This document shows, in pieces, positions 21,891 through 31,477 of a DNA stretch of 64,000 bases. The stretch is from Candidatus Marinacidobacterales bacterium (GTDB lineage Bacteria; Acidobacteriota; Vicinamibacteria; Marinacidobacterales; SMYC01). The notes under the pieces were generated by a model. The model ran no database searches. It was not told the origin of the DNA and was given only the letters and a program-made list of their open reading frames with translations. A program made the position numbers and the translations under genes. The DNA lies in the NCBI GenBank assembly GCA_965237955.1, contig OZ250169.1:3776001-3840000 (forward strand), in the 5' to 3' direction. Every line of letters begins with the position of its first letter. Within the stretch, counting starts at the first letter, position 1.

Positions 21891-23069
21891 GGGCCGGCGA
21901 CAAAATAAGTTCCCGTTTTCAAGACGGTCGGATGGTGTAGTTCCATTTGGGTAGAGTCTGGTCCTTTGTAACGGAAAGCGCCTGCATCCGCTCGTCAGTG
22001 ATTTTGACGCCCTTCGGATAACGACGCCGGATAAGGTGTGCGCGTACTCGCAAACCGGAAGAGGTGGTGGTCGTGCGGATGTATTTGAGGATGGTTTCGT
22101 AGCTGTCGAGAGGCCTGCCCGCCCAGTTCTTGCTGATCTCGCTGAACAGACGGTGCTCCACTGGATTCCACTTGGATGTACCGGACGGATAGTGGGCTAT
22201 GGTGATAGCGATGTCGTGGCGATTGCAAATCCGCGTTTGAAGCCCGTGCTTCCAACCCCGACACCGATAGCCATTGCTGCCCCCGGCGTCTGCCAATATC
22301 GCGAGGTCACGGGCTGCAGGATAGCGTCGCCGTCCTTCCGTTCGCCACCACTTCTCGATGGCATTCACGGCGAAGTCCGGGGTGTTGTACGAGGTACCAA
22401 TGAACACTGTCCCGCGGTTCGCGAGCAGATCGTAGACGCCGTAGGGGATTGCGATGCCGTTCGATTCGGAACGGAAGTCATGGTCTTTGACGAGAGTCGG
22501 CTCGCGGTTCCAGGCCTGCCCGCCGTTTTTGAATAATCCCACCAGCTCCCGTTTCTTCGTGTCTACGCTGATGATGGGATGACCAGCTGCGGCAAAACGC
22601 TCGCGCAGTTCGGCGATACACGCGAATTGGGTATCGCGATCTTCGGACGTGGCACCGCACAGCTTCTTGTGGTTCACCCGCAACGAGAAGCCGAGCTGTT
22701 TGAGCAGTCGACCGACGGTTTTGCTGCTGACGTTCACACCGAGGCTTCTTAGCTCGCAAGCAATCTTGTCGGTGGTCCGCCGCGTCCATTTCACTCCCGT
22801 CATCGGATCGCCCGCGGTGTCGTGCTTCATGAGTTCTTCGATCTTGGCGATGACTTCTGGCGTTTTTTTTGCACGGCGCGCCGTCCGCCACCCTTTCGCC
22901 GAACTCCGTCGAGCTCAACATCTCTCATTATACAGCCTGCTCGATGAAAAGCAGCGCCGTCTCTACGCGGGAGTCGAGGCCATGAAGCTCGGTCACGGTG
23001 GCGACCAACAGATTGCCGAACTGCTCGGGATGGATCCGAGCACGGTAGCCAGAGGTCGTAGGGAATTGC
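21891..23069 (-). mobile_element. ISAzo13-family IS, partial copy (right end)
   Basis: TIR GGGCCGGCGACAAAATAAG at 21891; reverse complement of 23839-24879; the last 139 bp (22931-23069) are locally inverted. Confidence 0.9.
21919..22830 (-). CDS. ISAzo13 transposase, C-terminal DDE part
   Basis: ISVDTKKRE, ADAGGSNG, GTSKWNPVEHRLFS, WNYTI. Confidence 0.85.
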   Translation of the reverse strand: MKHDTAGDPMTGVKWTRRTTDKIACELRSLGVNVSSKTVGRLLKQLGFSLRVNHKKLCGATSEDRDTQFACIAELRERFAAAGHPIISVDTKKRELVGLFKNGGQAWNREPTLVKDHDFRSESNGIAIPYGVYDLLANRGTVFIGTSYNTPDFAVNAIEKWWRTEGRRRYPAARDLAILADAGGSNGYRCRGWKHGLQTRICNRHDIAITIAHYPSGTSKWNPVEHRLFSEISKNWAGRPLDSYETILKYIRTTTTSSGLRVRAHLIRRRYPKGVKITDERMQALSVTKDQTLPKWNYTIRPS

Positions 23070-23071
23070 TT

Positions 23072-24879
23072 GCTATTTTGTGCTTCCTCAACAGGCGGTC
23101 GAGATCTTCAGACTGATAGCTCGTAGGTCTCATAATAGGAGAAGTGCTCCTTTATAGGCGTAATTATACTAAAATGAGGACCGTTTGTCAAACACGCGCT
23201 GGTTGCTGAAGATCTTACCCTCGATGATTTGAAGGCAGTGTTGGGTACCGATGTGGACTCGACCGTCTTCCGAAAGCTCAATGAGTTGGCGTATCGGACA
23301 AGCTACTCCCACCGTGGTAGCTACTACACGTTGGACGAGATCGCCCAGTTCGATCGAAAAGGTCTTTGGTCGTTGCGCTCAGTGTGGTTCTCGAAGTACG
23401 GGACGTTGCTTGCGACGGTAAAAGCGTTGGTCGCGGCCTGTGAGGCAGGCTACTACGTCGACGAGCTCGAGGACGAGGTGCAGGTTGACGTCAAGGCTCC
23501 TCTGTTGAAACTGGTCCGAGAGAAAAGATTGGCGCGCGAGCAGGTGTTCGGCCGATATCTGTATCTGGCCACCGATGTGAGCACGCGCAAGCAACAGCTC
23601 TCGGCCCGCCAGGTACAAGAGGCGTCACCTTCCACGTTGGGCTGGGTCGGGGGAGTCCGCGTGCTCCCCGTGGAGTTGAAGGCTGCGATCGTTCTTTTCT
23701 ACAGCCTGCTCGATGAAAAGCAGCGCCGTCTCTACGCGGGAGTCGAGGCCATGAAGCTCGGTCACGGTGGCGACCAACAGATTGCCGAACTGCTCGGGAT
23801 GGATCCGAGCACGGTAGCCAGAGGTCGTAGGGAATTACTAATGAGAGATGTTGAGCTCGACGGAGTTCGGCGAAAGGGTGGCGGACGGCGCGCCGTGCAA
23901 AAAAAAACGCCAGAAGTCATCGCCAAGATCGAAGAACTCATGAAGCACGACACCGCGGGCGATCCGATGACGGGAGTGAAATGGACGCGGCGGACCACCG
24001 ACAAGATTGCTTGCGAGCTAAGAAGCCTCGGTGTGAACGTCAGCAGCAAAACCGTCGGTCGACTGCTCAAACAGCTCGGCTTCTCGTTGCGGGTGAACCA
24101 CAAGAAGCTGTGCGGTGCCACGTCCGAAGATCGCGATACCCAATTCGCGTGTATCGCCGAACTGCGCGAGCGTTTTGCCGCAGCTGGTCATCCCATCATC
24201 AGCGTAGACACGAAGAAACGGGAGCTGGTGGGATTATTCAAAAACGGCGGGCAGGCCTGGAACCGCGAGCCGACTCTCGTCAAAGACCATGACTTCCGTT
24301 CCGAATCGAACGGCATCGCAATCCCCTACGGCGTCTACGATCTGCTCGCGAACCGCGGGACAGTGTTCATTGGTACCTCGTACAACACCCCGGACTTCGC
24401 CGTGAATGCCATCGAGAAGTGGTGGCGAACGGAAGGACGGCGACGCTATCCTGCAGCCCGTGACCTCGCGATATTGGCAGACGCCGGGGGCAGCAATGGC
24501 TATCGGTGTCGGGGTTGGAAGCACGGGCTTCAAACGCGGATTTGCAATCGCCACGACATCGCTATCACCATAGCCCACTATCCGTCCGGTACATCCAAGT
24601 GGAATCCAGTGGAGCACCGTCTGTTCAGCGAGATCAGCAAGAACTGGGCGGGCAGGCCTCTCGACAGCTACGAAACCATCCTCAAATACATCCGCACGAC
24701 CACCACCTCTTCCGGTTTGCGGGTACGCGCACACCTTATCCGGCGTCGTTATCCGAAGGGCGTCAAAATCACTGACGAGCGGATGCAGGCGCTTTCCGTT
24801 ACAAAGGACCAGACTCTACCCAAATGGAACTACACCATCCGACCGTCTTGAAAACGGGAACTTATTTTGTCGCCGGCCC
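23072..24879 (+). mobile_element. ISAzo13-family IS lacking its left TIR; promoter/start segment inverted
   Basis: Right TIR ends at 24879 followed by TTAG; 23072-23215 is the reverse complement of 63280-63424. Confidence 0.9.
23229..24851 (+). CDS. ISAzo13 family transposase (true N-terminus displaced by the inversion)
   Basis: LDEKQRRLYAG.EA..LGHGG HTH, ISVDTKK, SKWNPVEHRLFS. Confidence 0.9.
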   Translation: MKAVLGTDVDSTVFRKLNELAYRTSYSHRGSYYTLDEIAQFDRKGLWSLRSVWFSKYGTLLATVKALVAACEAGYYVDELEDEVQVDVKAPLLKLVREKRLAREQVFGRYLYLATDVSTRKQQLSARQVQEASPSTLGWVGGVRVLPVELKAAIVLFYSLLDEKQRRLYAGVEAMKLGHGGDQQIAELLGMDPSTVARGRRELLMRDVELDGVRRKGGGRRAVQKKTPEVIAKIEELMKHDTAGDPMTGVKWTRRTTDKIACELRSLGVNVSSKTVGRLLKQLGFSLRVNHKKLCGATSEDRDTQFACIAELRERFAAAGHPIISVDTKKRELVGLFKNGGQAWNREPTLVKDHDFRSESNGIAIPYGVYDLLANRGTVFIGTSYNTPDFAVNAIEKWWRTEGRRRYPAARDLAILADAGGSNGYRCRGWKHGLQTRICNRHDIAITIAHYPSGTSKWNPVEHRLFSEISKNWAGRPLDSYETILKYIRTTTTSSGLRVRAHLIRRRYPKGVKITDERMQALSVTKDQTLPKWNYTIRPS

Positions 24880-24883
24880 TTAG

Positions 24884-25033
24884 GACGAGGGCGTTTTCTA
24901 TGGCAGTCAAGAGATCGACGGCGTTCGTGTCGCCTCGCCGGTTCAGCGATACCTTGATCTTGCGTCGATTAAAGGCAGAGGCGAAGAGGCGGCCGGCGCC
25001 GTGCTCGACCTAGAGCTTCGACCGCAATGGTAA
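24884..25033 (+). pseudogene. C-terminal remnant of an AbiEi-type (type IV TA) antitoxin, cut by the IS
   Basis: Manual translation DEGVFYGSQEIDGVRVASPVQRYLDLASIKGRGEEAAGAVL...W*; stop overlaps the next ATG. Confidence 0.7.
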
Positions 25034-25400
25034 CGCGAAAGGATTACGCTGCCGATGCCGTGGCGGCAGCTCGGTCCGTCCTCATCGAGCTCACGCACCT
25101 TTTAGGTGAGTATCACGATGACATGGTCGTCGTCAGTGGCTGGGTTCCAGAGCTTTTGTTGCCGAACGCGAACGAGCGTCACGTCGGAAGTCTCGATGTC
25201 GATATCGCCATCGACCATCGCAGCATCCCGGAGCACGTCTATCGAACGATCCAGGAACTCCTCTTGAGTCGGGGATACGAACAGGGCGACCAGCCGTTCG
25301 TTTTTGTGCGACTTGTGGAGAACGTTCTGATCGAGGTTGATCTTCTAGCAGGGGAGTACGGGGGTACAGGTCGAAACCGGAGACACCAGACAATCCAGCC
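25027..25400 (+). pseudogene. AbiEii-like nucleotidyltransferase toxin, 3'-truncated
   Basis: VVVSGWVP...HVGSLDVDIAID nucleotidyltransferase motif; ends abruptly after RRHQTIQ. Confidence 0.65.
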
Positions 25401-25815
25401 GTCTCACAGACCTTCGCCGTTGTCACCAACGTGACGGTGACATGCCTCTACATCATCGTTGGCCTTCTCGGGCTGCGGTTGATCCTGAGAAAGACGTGGC
25501 TTGCCGTCGGTGCGACTTTCGTTCTGATGACTGCGATTTGGGCTCCGGGCTACCCCTATTGGGGTTTCATCCCCGTGGGGCTATCGTCCGGCGCGTGGCC
25601 TCTACGTGTTCCTGCGCTTCGGCCGGCTCCCCGCCATGGTGGGAGGCTTCGTTGTCGAGCTCTTGCAGAGCTATCCACTCACCGTCGATGTTACAGCCTG
25701 ATACTCCTATGCGACGTATCTCGTCGCGGTCGTCGTTTTGGCGACCGCCACCTATGGCTTCCAGGTTTCATTGGCGGGACGGCCGGCGTTCGGGGAGTTG
25801 ATGGCCGAAGAGTAG
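25400..25815 (+). pseudogene. C-terminal multi-TM fragment, probably of a membrane Ser/Thr kinase
   Basis: LRLILRKTWLA...YPLTVDVTA*YS...YGFQVSLAGRPAFG; frameshift and TGA. Confidence 0.5.
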
Positions 25816-25846
25816 GAACCGCAACCAGTTCCTGTACGGCCTTCGG

Positions 25847-26122
25847 TTATCGGCGCTCGAGAATCCGGCGATAGACTTCGCGCCGGTGGGCGACACCCAC
25901 GACGTACACCACGACCTCCGTCACGTGCACCTCGTAGACGATACGGTAGTCCCCGATTCGAATGCGGTAAGCGTTCTGCCGTCCTCGTATGCGTCCGGCG
26001 CCCACAGGGATAGGGTCATCCACGAGCGTGTCGATGGTCGCCTTTACCCGGCGACGCGTCTTTGCGGGAAGTTTTCTGATCTCCTTGGGAACGGCCGCGT
26101 GCAGCAGAACCTTATATTTCGT
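25847..26122 (-). CDS. relE: RelE/ParE family toxin (no canonical start; ACG at 26122)
   Basis: Manual translation (M)KYKVLLHAAVPKEIRKLP...DP.P.G..RIRG..NAYRIRIGDYRIVYEV....VYVVGVAHRREVYRR*; missed by the ORF track. Confidence 0.8.
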   Translation of the reverse strand, partial: TKYKVLLHAAVPKEIRKLPAKTRRRVKATIDTLVDDPIPVGAGRIRGRQNAYRIRIGDYRIVYEVHVTEVVVYVVGVAHRREVYRRILERR

Positions 26123-26312
26123 CTCGGGCCTCTTCCCACTCGACCCAGGGACCGCGCCGACGCTCCTCGATCAAAGCAAGATCCTCCGCGTCTTCCAACC
26201 ATTGTGCGATTGCCTCCTGGACGACCGCTTGGGCTTTGAGACCGTGCTCGTCGCAGTAGCGATCCAAGAGCTCCTTCAGCTCTTCGTCGATACGATGCGT
26301 GATCGTGACCAT
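26112..26312 (-). CDS. antitoxin (ribbon-helix-helix/CopG-like)
   Basis: MVTITHRIDEELKELL..YC...; acidic C-terminus LEDAEDL...VEWEEARDEI; overlaps the toxin; TTGCAA-17-TAAGCT promoter ends 6 nt before the ATG (leaderless). Confidence 0.8.
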   Translation of the reverse strand: MVTITHRIDEELKELLDRYCDEHGLKAQAVVQEAIAQWLEDAEDLALIEERRRGPWVEWEEARDEI

Positions 26313-26379
26313 GGATGTAGCTTAACTCAGGCACCAAGCATTTGCAAGCTTTCGCTGGCATCTCAGGGACCCCCACCTC

Positions 26380-27402
26380 AACCAGTCTTGGGGTGCCCAT
26401 CGACGTCATGAAGGAGGCGGCGGTGCGGCGGAGGTCGTGGCCGCGCAGCTCGATGCTCGGTCGCGTGCGAATGCGCTCGATCGCTTTTTGGGTGCTTCGC
26501 ATGTGCCCTTCGCCCCCGGGGCTCGGAAATACCCATGGGGAGTCGGTGTCTTCGAGCTCGCGCAGGAGATCGATCGCGGCATCTGACAACGGCACGCGGT
26601 GGGGTAGTCCGTTCTTGCTGCGCTCGGCTGGGATGGTCCACCAGCGGGCGTCGAGCTCGACGTCTTCCCAATGCATCGTGATGACTTCGCCACCGCGTTG
26701 GGCGGTGAGGAGTCTCAGCTTCAGCGCGCAGGCGACGACGAGACTCTCGTGCGATAGAGCACTCCAGAACTTGCGAATGTCACCCTCGCTCAGCACGTGG
26801 TGGCGGTGGCGGATCTTGGCGGGTCGGGGTAGGCCGCGGCAGGGGCTGTCATCGACGAGGTCGCGCGAGATCGCCCAGTTATAGATTTTTCGAATCAGTG
26901 CGTGGGTCTGATTTGCCTCGGCAGGGGCCGGGCGATGGACGATGTCCTCGAGAAGCCGGCGTAGATCGGCGCGGGTGATCTCCTTGGCCAACGCGGGCCC
27001 GAGAATTGGGAGGAGATTCTTTCGAATCCTTCGCTGGTCCTCTTTCCAACTCCGCTTATTGGGTTTGGCGTGGCGCTCGAGGTATTCGGCGGCCAGTTCT
27101 GCGAACGTACCAGCTTGGCGCTCTTCGATCTTGCGGGCAGCCGGATCACCGCCCATGGCGACTTCGGCTAATGCCGCCTTGGCCATCGTGCGGGCCTGGC
27201 TCAGGCTCAGCGGCGGGTACCGCCCCAGGGTGTAGCGGCGCAGACGCCTCCCCCGCCGGTACAGCACACAGAAGCTTTTGCGGCCGGACGGCGTGACGCG
27301 AACGGAGAACCCAGGGAGGAACTCGTCAAAGTACTCCGTTCGCTGCCCGCCGACCGGCCGCAGCTTGTGTACAGCGTGTGCCGTGAGTTTCGCTCTCGGC
27401 AT
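26380..27402 (-). pseudogene. P4-like tyrosine integrase, C-terminally truncated
   Basis: Arm-binding N-terminus (PGFSVRVTPSGRKSF), LLTAQRGGE, KNG.PHRVPL, HDLRRT; lacks the final LNH...Y motif. Confidence 0.85.
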
Positions 27403-27480
27403 CTACTGAGTAAGACGAGAAACGGGGCACGCAACCTCCCTTGAGAATTGACAAAGGCGCGGAAACGCGCGTTAATAATA

Positions 27481-29694
27481 ATGAGACCCAAAAATTTCAT
27501 ATTAGGACCAACCGTGCGCGGAGATTTGCGTCAATCCAGCCTGGCCGAAGTGATGCGGCACCTGTATGCCGAGCGCCAGAGCGGGATTTTGTATGTCTCG
27601 CGTCAGAACATCCGCAAGCGCATCCACCTCAGAAAAGGTGTAGCGATCTTTGCCGACGCTGGGGACGGTCAGGTGGCCGAAGTGATGCGGCACCTGTATG
27701 CCGAGCGCCAGAGCGGGATTTTGTATGTCTCGCGTCAGAACATCCGCAAGCGCATCCACCTCAGAAAAGGTGTAGCGATCTTTGCCGACGCTGGGGACGG
27801 TCAGGTCCAAACCCGTGAGCAAGCGGAACTTCTAGCGTACTCGCTGTTTACCTGGACTTCGGGCGAGTTCGCCTTCGAAGAAGGCGAGCCTGACATCGAC
27901 GACTCGCTGGCTTTCGAGGGCTCCCCCTCGACGGTAATTCTCGAGGGAAGCCGGCGCATCGACGAGCTGGAAATCCTGGAGCAGTTGCTCGGGGGGCGCG
28001 ACGCCGTTTTCGCATGCACCAAAACGTCAGTGCTCCCGTTGTTCAAGATGAAGCTGTCGCCTGCAGAAAATGCCATTCTCACGTTCGCTCGAGAGCGAGG
28101 GCGCTTCACGGCGGCGGATCTTCCGCTTCCTACGCAGGACTTGGCAGTCGTGTCTGCGTTGAACGCCCTCGTGGCCGTCGGACTTTTGGAGATCGAGAAA
28201 AAGGCCAAAGCGCCTGAGCCCGTTCCCGTCCCGGCGCCGACGCCCCCGGCGCCCGCCGCGCCAGCCCCACCGGCCGCACAAGCACCGGAGCCCGCGCTAG
28301 CACCAGCACCAGCAGCACCCGTGCCCGAAGCAGCACCCGCGCCCGAAGCAGCACCCGCGCCCGAAGCAGCACCCGCGCCGAGCGTTCCTCCTCCTGCTCC
28401 TGAACCGGCTCCGCAGGCGAGCAACGTCGCGCCGAGCGCTCCCAGCGATATGGAACAGCTGTTGAGCACCTACGAGGCGAAACGCAGTGGGCTTCCGCCG
28501 CCTCAGCCGGCTCCACAACCATCGCCGCCGCCCGTGCAAGCAACAACGCCACCGCCGGAGCCACCCATCATCGAACCCGCCGTAGCACCTCCGGAGCCAG
28601 CCATCGTAGCGCCCGAGCCTGCGCCGCCGCCTCCGCCCGCGCCGCCCGTCGTCGACGCGGCTCCTCCGATGCCTGAACCCGAGCCTCCGCCAGCGCCACC
28701 CGCGATCCGGCCTCCGAGAAAGCCGGATCCGCCCATTGCGCCGGCGCCGCCGCGACCATCGCTAGCGGAACTGGTTGCGGAGTGGAAGGCCGCAATCCTC
28801 GAGCGTCTTCCGGAAGGGAAAGCACGCCTCATCGCTGGCGGCTCGATCGCGCTCGTCACCTTGAGCATCGTGTCGGTCCTGTGGCTCACTTCAGGAAGCG
28901 ACGAGGCGTCGCAGTCCGATGCGGTGGTCGCTGCCGATTCCGAGCCGACGAAGCCAGAGCCGCCTGCGCCTGCACCCAAGCCGGAACCCGTTCCCGCTCC
29001 CGAGCCGGAACCGAGCGAAGCGGAGCTTTTCTATCGAGCGAACCTCGCGTTCGAGAGCGGAGACTTCGCGCAGAGCAAAGCGGAATTGACGAAGCTTCTC
29101 GAGCTCCAACCGGATCTCGCGGCGGCGCGTGAGCTCATGACTCGAGTCGCGCGCGAGCTCGCTCCCAAACCGGAGCCTCCGAAACCGAAGCCGCGTCCGC
29201 GACGCGTCGTCCGAAAGCCGCCGTCCAAACCGGAGCCCAAGCCCGAGCCGGAACCCGTGCAGCCGGCCCCTCCCACGCCGAACGCGCTGTTCGCGGACGC
29301 GCGCGCCGCGCTCAACCGCGGCGAGCTCGAAAACGCTCAGGTCAAGCTCGACGAGCTCGAGACGCTAAACCGGTCGTATCCGGGAGCGCGGCAGCTCCAG
29401 AACGAGCTGTCCGATCGTTTCTGGGAACGGAAACTTCCGCTGGCCTTCAGCACCCGGCACGACCACGCGCTCGGCGGTTGTAACGGCGTTCTGACGCTGA
29501 CGTCACGGGGCTACGGTTATCGCTCCGACGAGCATGATTGGTTCTGGAGCTTTGGGGAAATCGGGACGACCGATCGAAGAGGCGCACGCCGCCTGCGCAT
29601 CGAGACCAACGGCGGCAAAAGCTACAACTTCGAGCTGCGCGATGCTTTGTCCAACGACGACTGGGCGCGCTACCAACGAGTCAGGTCGCGTTGA
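27481..29694 (+). CDS. DUF4388-domain, Pro/Ala-rich, single-TM, TPR-like protein
   Basis: GDLRQSSLAEVMRHLY..RQSG.L, LFTWTSGEFAFEEG; long P/A linker; TM at IALVTLSIVSVLWL. Confidence 0.75.
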   Translation: MRPKNFILGPTVRGDLRQSSLAEVMRHLYAERQSGILYVSRQNIRKRIHLRKGVAIFADAGDGQVAEVMRHLYAERQSGILYVSRQNIRKRIHLRKGVAIFADAGDGQVQTREQAELLAYSLFTWTSGEFAFEEGEPDIDDSLAFEGSPSTVILEGSRRIDELEILEQLLGGRDAVFACTKTSVLPLFKMKLSPAENAILTFARERGRFTAADLPLPTQDLAVVSALNALVAVGLLEIEKKAKAPEPVPVPAPTPPAPAAPAPPAAQAPEPALAPAPAAPVPEAAPAPEAAPAPEAAPAPSVPPPAPEPAPQASNVAPSAPSDMEQLLSTYEAKRSGLPPPQPAPQPSPPPVQATTPPPEPPIIEPAVAPPEPAIVAPEPAPPPPPAPPVVDAAPPMPEPEPPPAPPAIRPPRKPDPPIAPAPPRPSLAELVAEWKAAILERLPEGKARLIAGGSIALVTLSIVSVLWLTSGSDEASQSDAVVAADSEPTKPEPPAPAPKPEPVPAPEPEPSEAELFYRANLAFESGDFAQSKAELTKLLELQPDLAAARELMTRVARELAPKPEPPKPKPRPRRVVRKPPSKPEPKPEPEPVQPAPPTPNALFADARAALNRGELENAQVKLDELETLNRSYPGARQLQNELSDRFWERKLPLAFSTRHDHALGGCNGVLTLTSRGYGYRSDEHDWFWSFGEIGTTDRRGARRLRIETNGGKSYNFELRDALSNDDWARYQRVRSR
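27542..27805 (+). repeat. perfect 132-bp in-frame tandem duplication
   Basis: 27542-27673 = 27674-27805. Confidence 0.95.
28323..28378 (+). repeat. 18-bp coding tandem repeat x3 (PEAAPA)
   Basis: GCCCGAAGCAGCACCCGC repeated. Confidence 0.85.
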
Positions 29695-29699
29695 GATAG

Positions 29700-30359
29700 C
29701 GCTCTTCAATCACCACCCGGTGGTGGATCTCGTGGCCGGACTCTACCCGACACTTCTCGCAGCCGGCGCCGTTTGGTGGGAAGGATTTTTCGCACGACAC
29801 GCGGACCGACTCCGTTGGGCGTTCGTGGGTGTTGTCCTCGCCGGTGGCCTGGCGCTGGCGCCGTTGTTCCAATCGCTCCTGCCACCGGCCGCTCTCGCGC
29901 GCTTCGCGGGGTTCGTCGGCATCGACACGCAAATCGAGCGCGGCGAAGGCAAGCGCGCGGAGCTTCCTCAGTGGCTGGCCGATCGCTTCGGGTGGGAGGA
30001 GCTCGTGGCCCAAGTTGCCGCGATCTACGAAAACCTGCCACCGAATGAGCAACGCCTCGCGCTGATCCTCGCGCCTAGTTATGGGCATGCGGGCGCGCTC
30101 GAGTTATTGGGAGAGCCATACGAGCTTCCGCCCATCGTCTCGGCGCACAACCCGGCTCGCCGACGGGCCGGTCATCGTCATCGGCTCGAACCGAAACGAC
30201 CTCGAATCGGTGTTCAACGACGTCCAGCAGGTGGGAATCTACGAGTGTGATTACTGCATGAATTGGCTGAACGACACGCCAATTTTTGTCGGCCGCCAAT
30301 CCAAGCTTACGGCCTCAGAGTTCGAAGAGGCGTGGGAAGGCTTCAAGCACTACGAGTAA
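29700..30359 (+). pseudogene. C-terminal remnant of a GT39/ArnT-PMT-like membrane glycosyltransferase
   Basis: YPTLLAAGAV, LPQWLADRFGWEEL, YGHAGALE, SAHN, then frameshift to W..FKHYE*. Confidence 0.6.
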
Positions 30360-30962
30360 TTAATTGTCGGTTTCAGCCCAGAGCTTTTCGAGAACGCGGT
30401 CGCGACCACAGCCTCGACGGTAGAGCTTGTAGCGAAACTTGTGCCGCTGGTAGTAATCCTGGTGGTATTCCTCAGCGCGGTAGAACGTGGTCGCCTCCGT
30501 CACTTCCGTCGCCACCGTTTTCGGGAGCCTCCCGGACGCATCGATTTTTTGCTTCGACGCCTCGGCGAGCTGTCGTTGCTCTTCCGAGAGGTAGAAGATG
30601 CCGCTGCGATACTGTGAGCCGCGGTCGCAGAACTGACCTTTCGCGTCGGTGGGATCGATGTTGACCCAGAAGACTTCGAGTAGCTTTTCGTAGCTGACCT
30701 TGGCCGGGTCGTAGACGATCTCGACGGCTTCGGTGTGACCGGTACCACCGGACGACACCTGTTCGTAGCTAGGATTGTCGAGATGCCCACCGATGTAGCC
30801 GGACGTCGTCGACACCACTCCGTCGAGCGCGTCGAAGGGAGGCTCCATGCACCAGAAACAGCCTCCCGCGAAGGTTGCCTTCGCGAGCTCCGGCTCCTCT
30901 TGCGCTTCGGGTGCCATCCCCAGGATGAGAAACGCTAATGCCATCGTGGTGAGATTCATCAT
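30360..30962 (-). CDS. msrA: peptide-methionine (S)-S-oxide reductase MsrA, with signal peptide
   Basis: FAGGCFWCME, GHTEAV, GQFCDRGSQYRSGIF, AEEYHQDYY. Confidence 0.95.
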   Translation of the reverse strand: MMNLTTMALAFLILGMAPEAQEEPELAKATFAGGCFWCMEPPFDALDGVVSTTSGYIGGHLDNPSYEQVSSGGTGHTEAVEIVYDPAKVSYEKLLEVFWVNIDPTDAKGQFCDRGSQYRSGIFYLSEEQRQLAEASKQKIDASGRLPKTVATEVTEATTFYRAEEYHQDYYQRHKFRYKLYRRGCGRDRVLEKLWAETDN

Positions 30963-30967
30963 GTCGG

Positions 30968-31477
30968 CTAGCTCCGGAGCGCTGGAAGCTCTTCGCCTTG
31001 GGGAACAAAGAGAAGAGCCAGGCCGTTGTTGCACCACCTCTGCCCGGTCGGCTTGGGTCCATCGTTGAAGATGTGACCCTGGTGGCCGCCGCAGCGGTTG
31101 CAGTGGTATTCCGTTCGCGGATAGATCAGCTTGAAATCACGCTTCGTGCCGGCGTGGCCTTCGATCTCCTGATAGAAGCTCGGCCAGCCGGTGCCGCTCT
31201 CGAACTTCGTAGATGCATCGAAAAGCGGCAGGTAGCACGCCGCACAGATGAACGTTCCCGCGCGCTTTTCCTCGAGGAGCGAGCTCGTGAACGCGCGCTC
31301 GGTGCCCTCTTCGAAGAGGATCCGGTAGCGGTCTTTTTCCAGCAGCTCGCGCCACTCGTCCTTGGACTTTTCGAGTTTCGCAATCGTTTCTTTGGATGTC
31401 GTCATCGTTTTGCCCCAAATCGTTGTGGGAACCACCAGGGAAAGCCCCGCAATGCCCAGAAATTCTCGTCGCCGCAT
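30968..31477 (-). CDS. msrB: peptide-methionine (R)-S-oxide reductase MsrB, with Tat signal
   Basis: RRREFL, GTERAF, CAAC, KFESGTGWPSF, CGGHQGHIFNDGP, RWCNNG. Confidence 0.95.
   Translation of the reverse strand: MRRREFLGIAGLSLVVPTTIWGKTMTTSKETIAKLEKSKDEWRELLEKDRYRILFEEGTERAFTSSLLEEKRAGTFICAACYLPLFDASTKFESGTGWPSFYQEIEGHAGTKRDFKLIYPRTEYHCNRCGGHQGHIFNDGPKPTGQRWCNNGLALLFVPQGEELPALRS

Noticed and set aside
25699-25701. In-frame TGA in the TM fragment as a second selenocysteine
   Set aside because: The position fits Trp in an already broken fragment; no redox motif
26044-26380. ORF-track C-terminal extension of the integrase over the antitoxin
   Set aside because: Read-through past a deletion junction into TA sequence; not integrase-like
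28200-29300. Repetitive GC-rich tract as a possible CRISPR or non-coding array
   Set aside because: Coding Pro/Ala/Glu low-complexity linker; no repeat-spacer structure and no cas genes in the window
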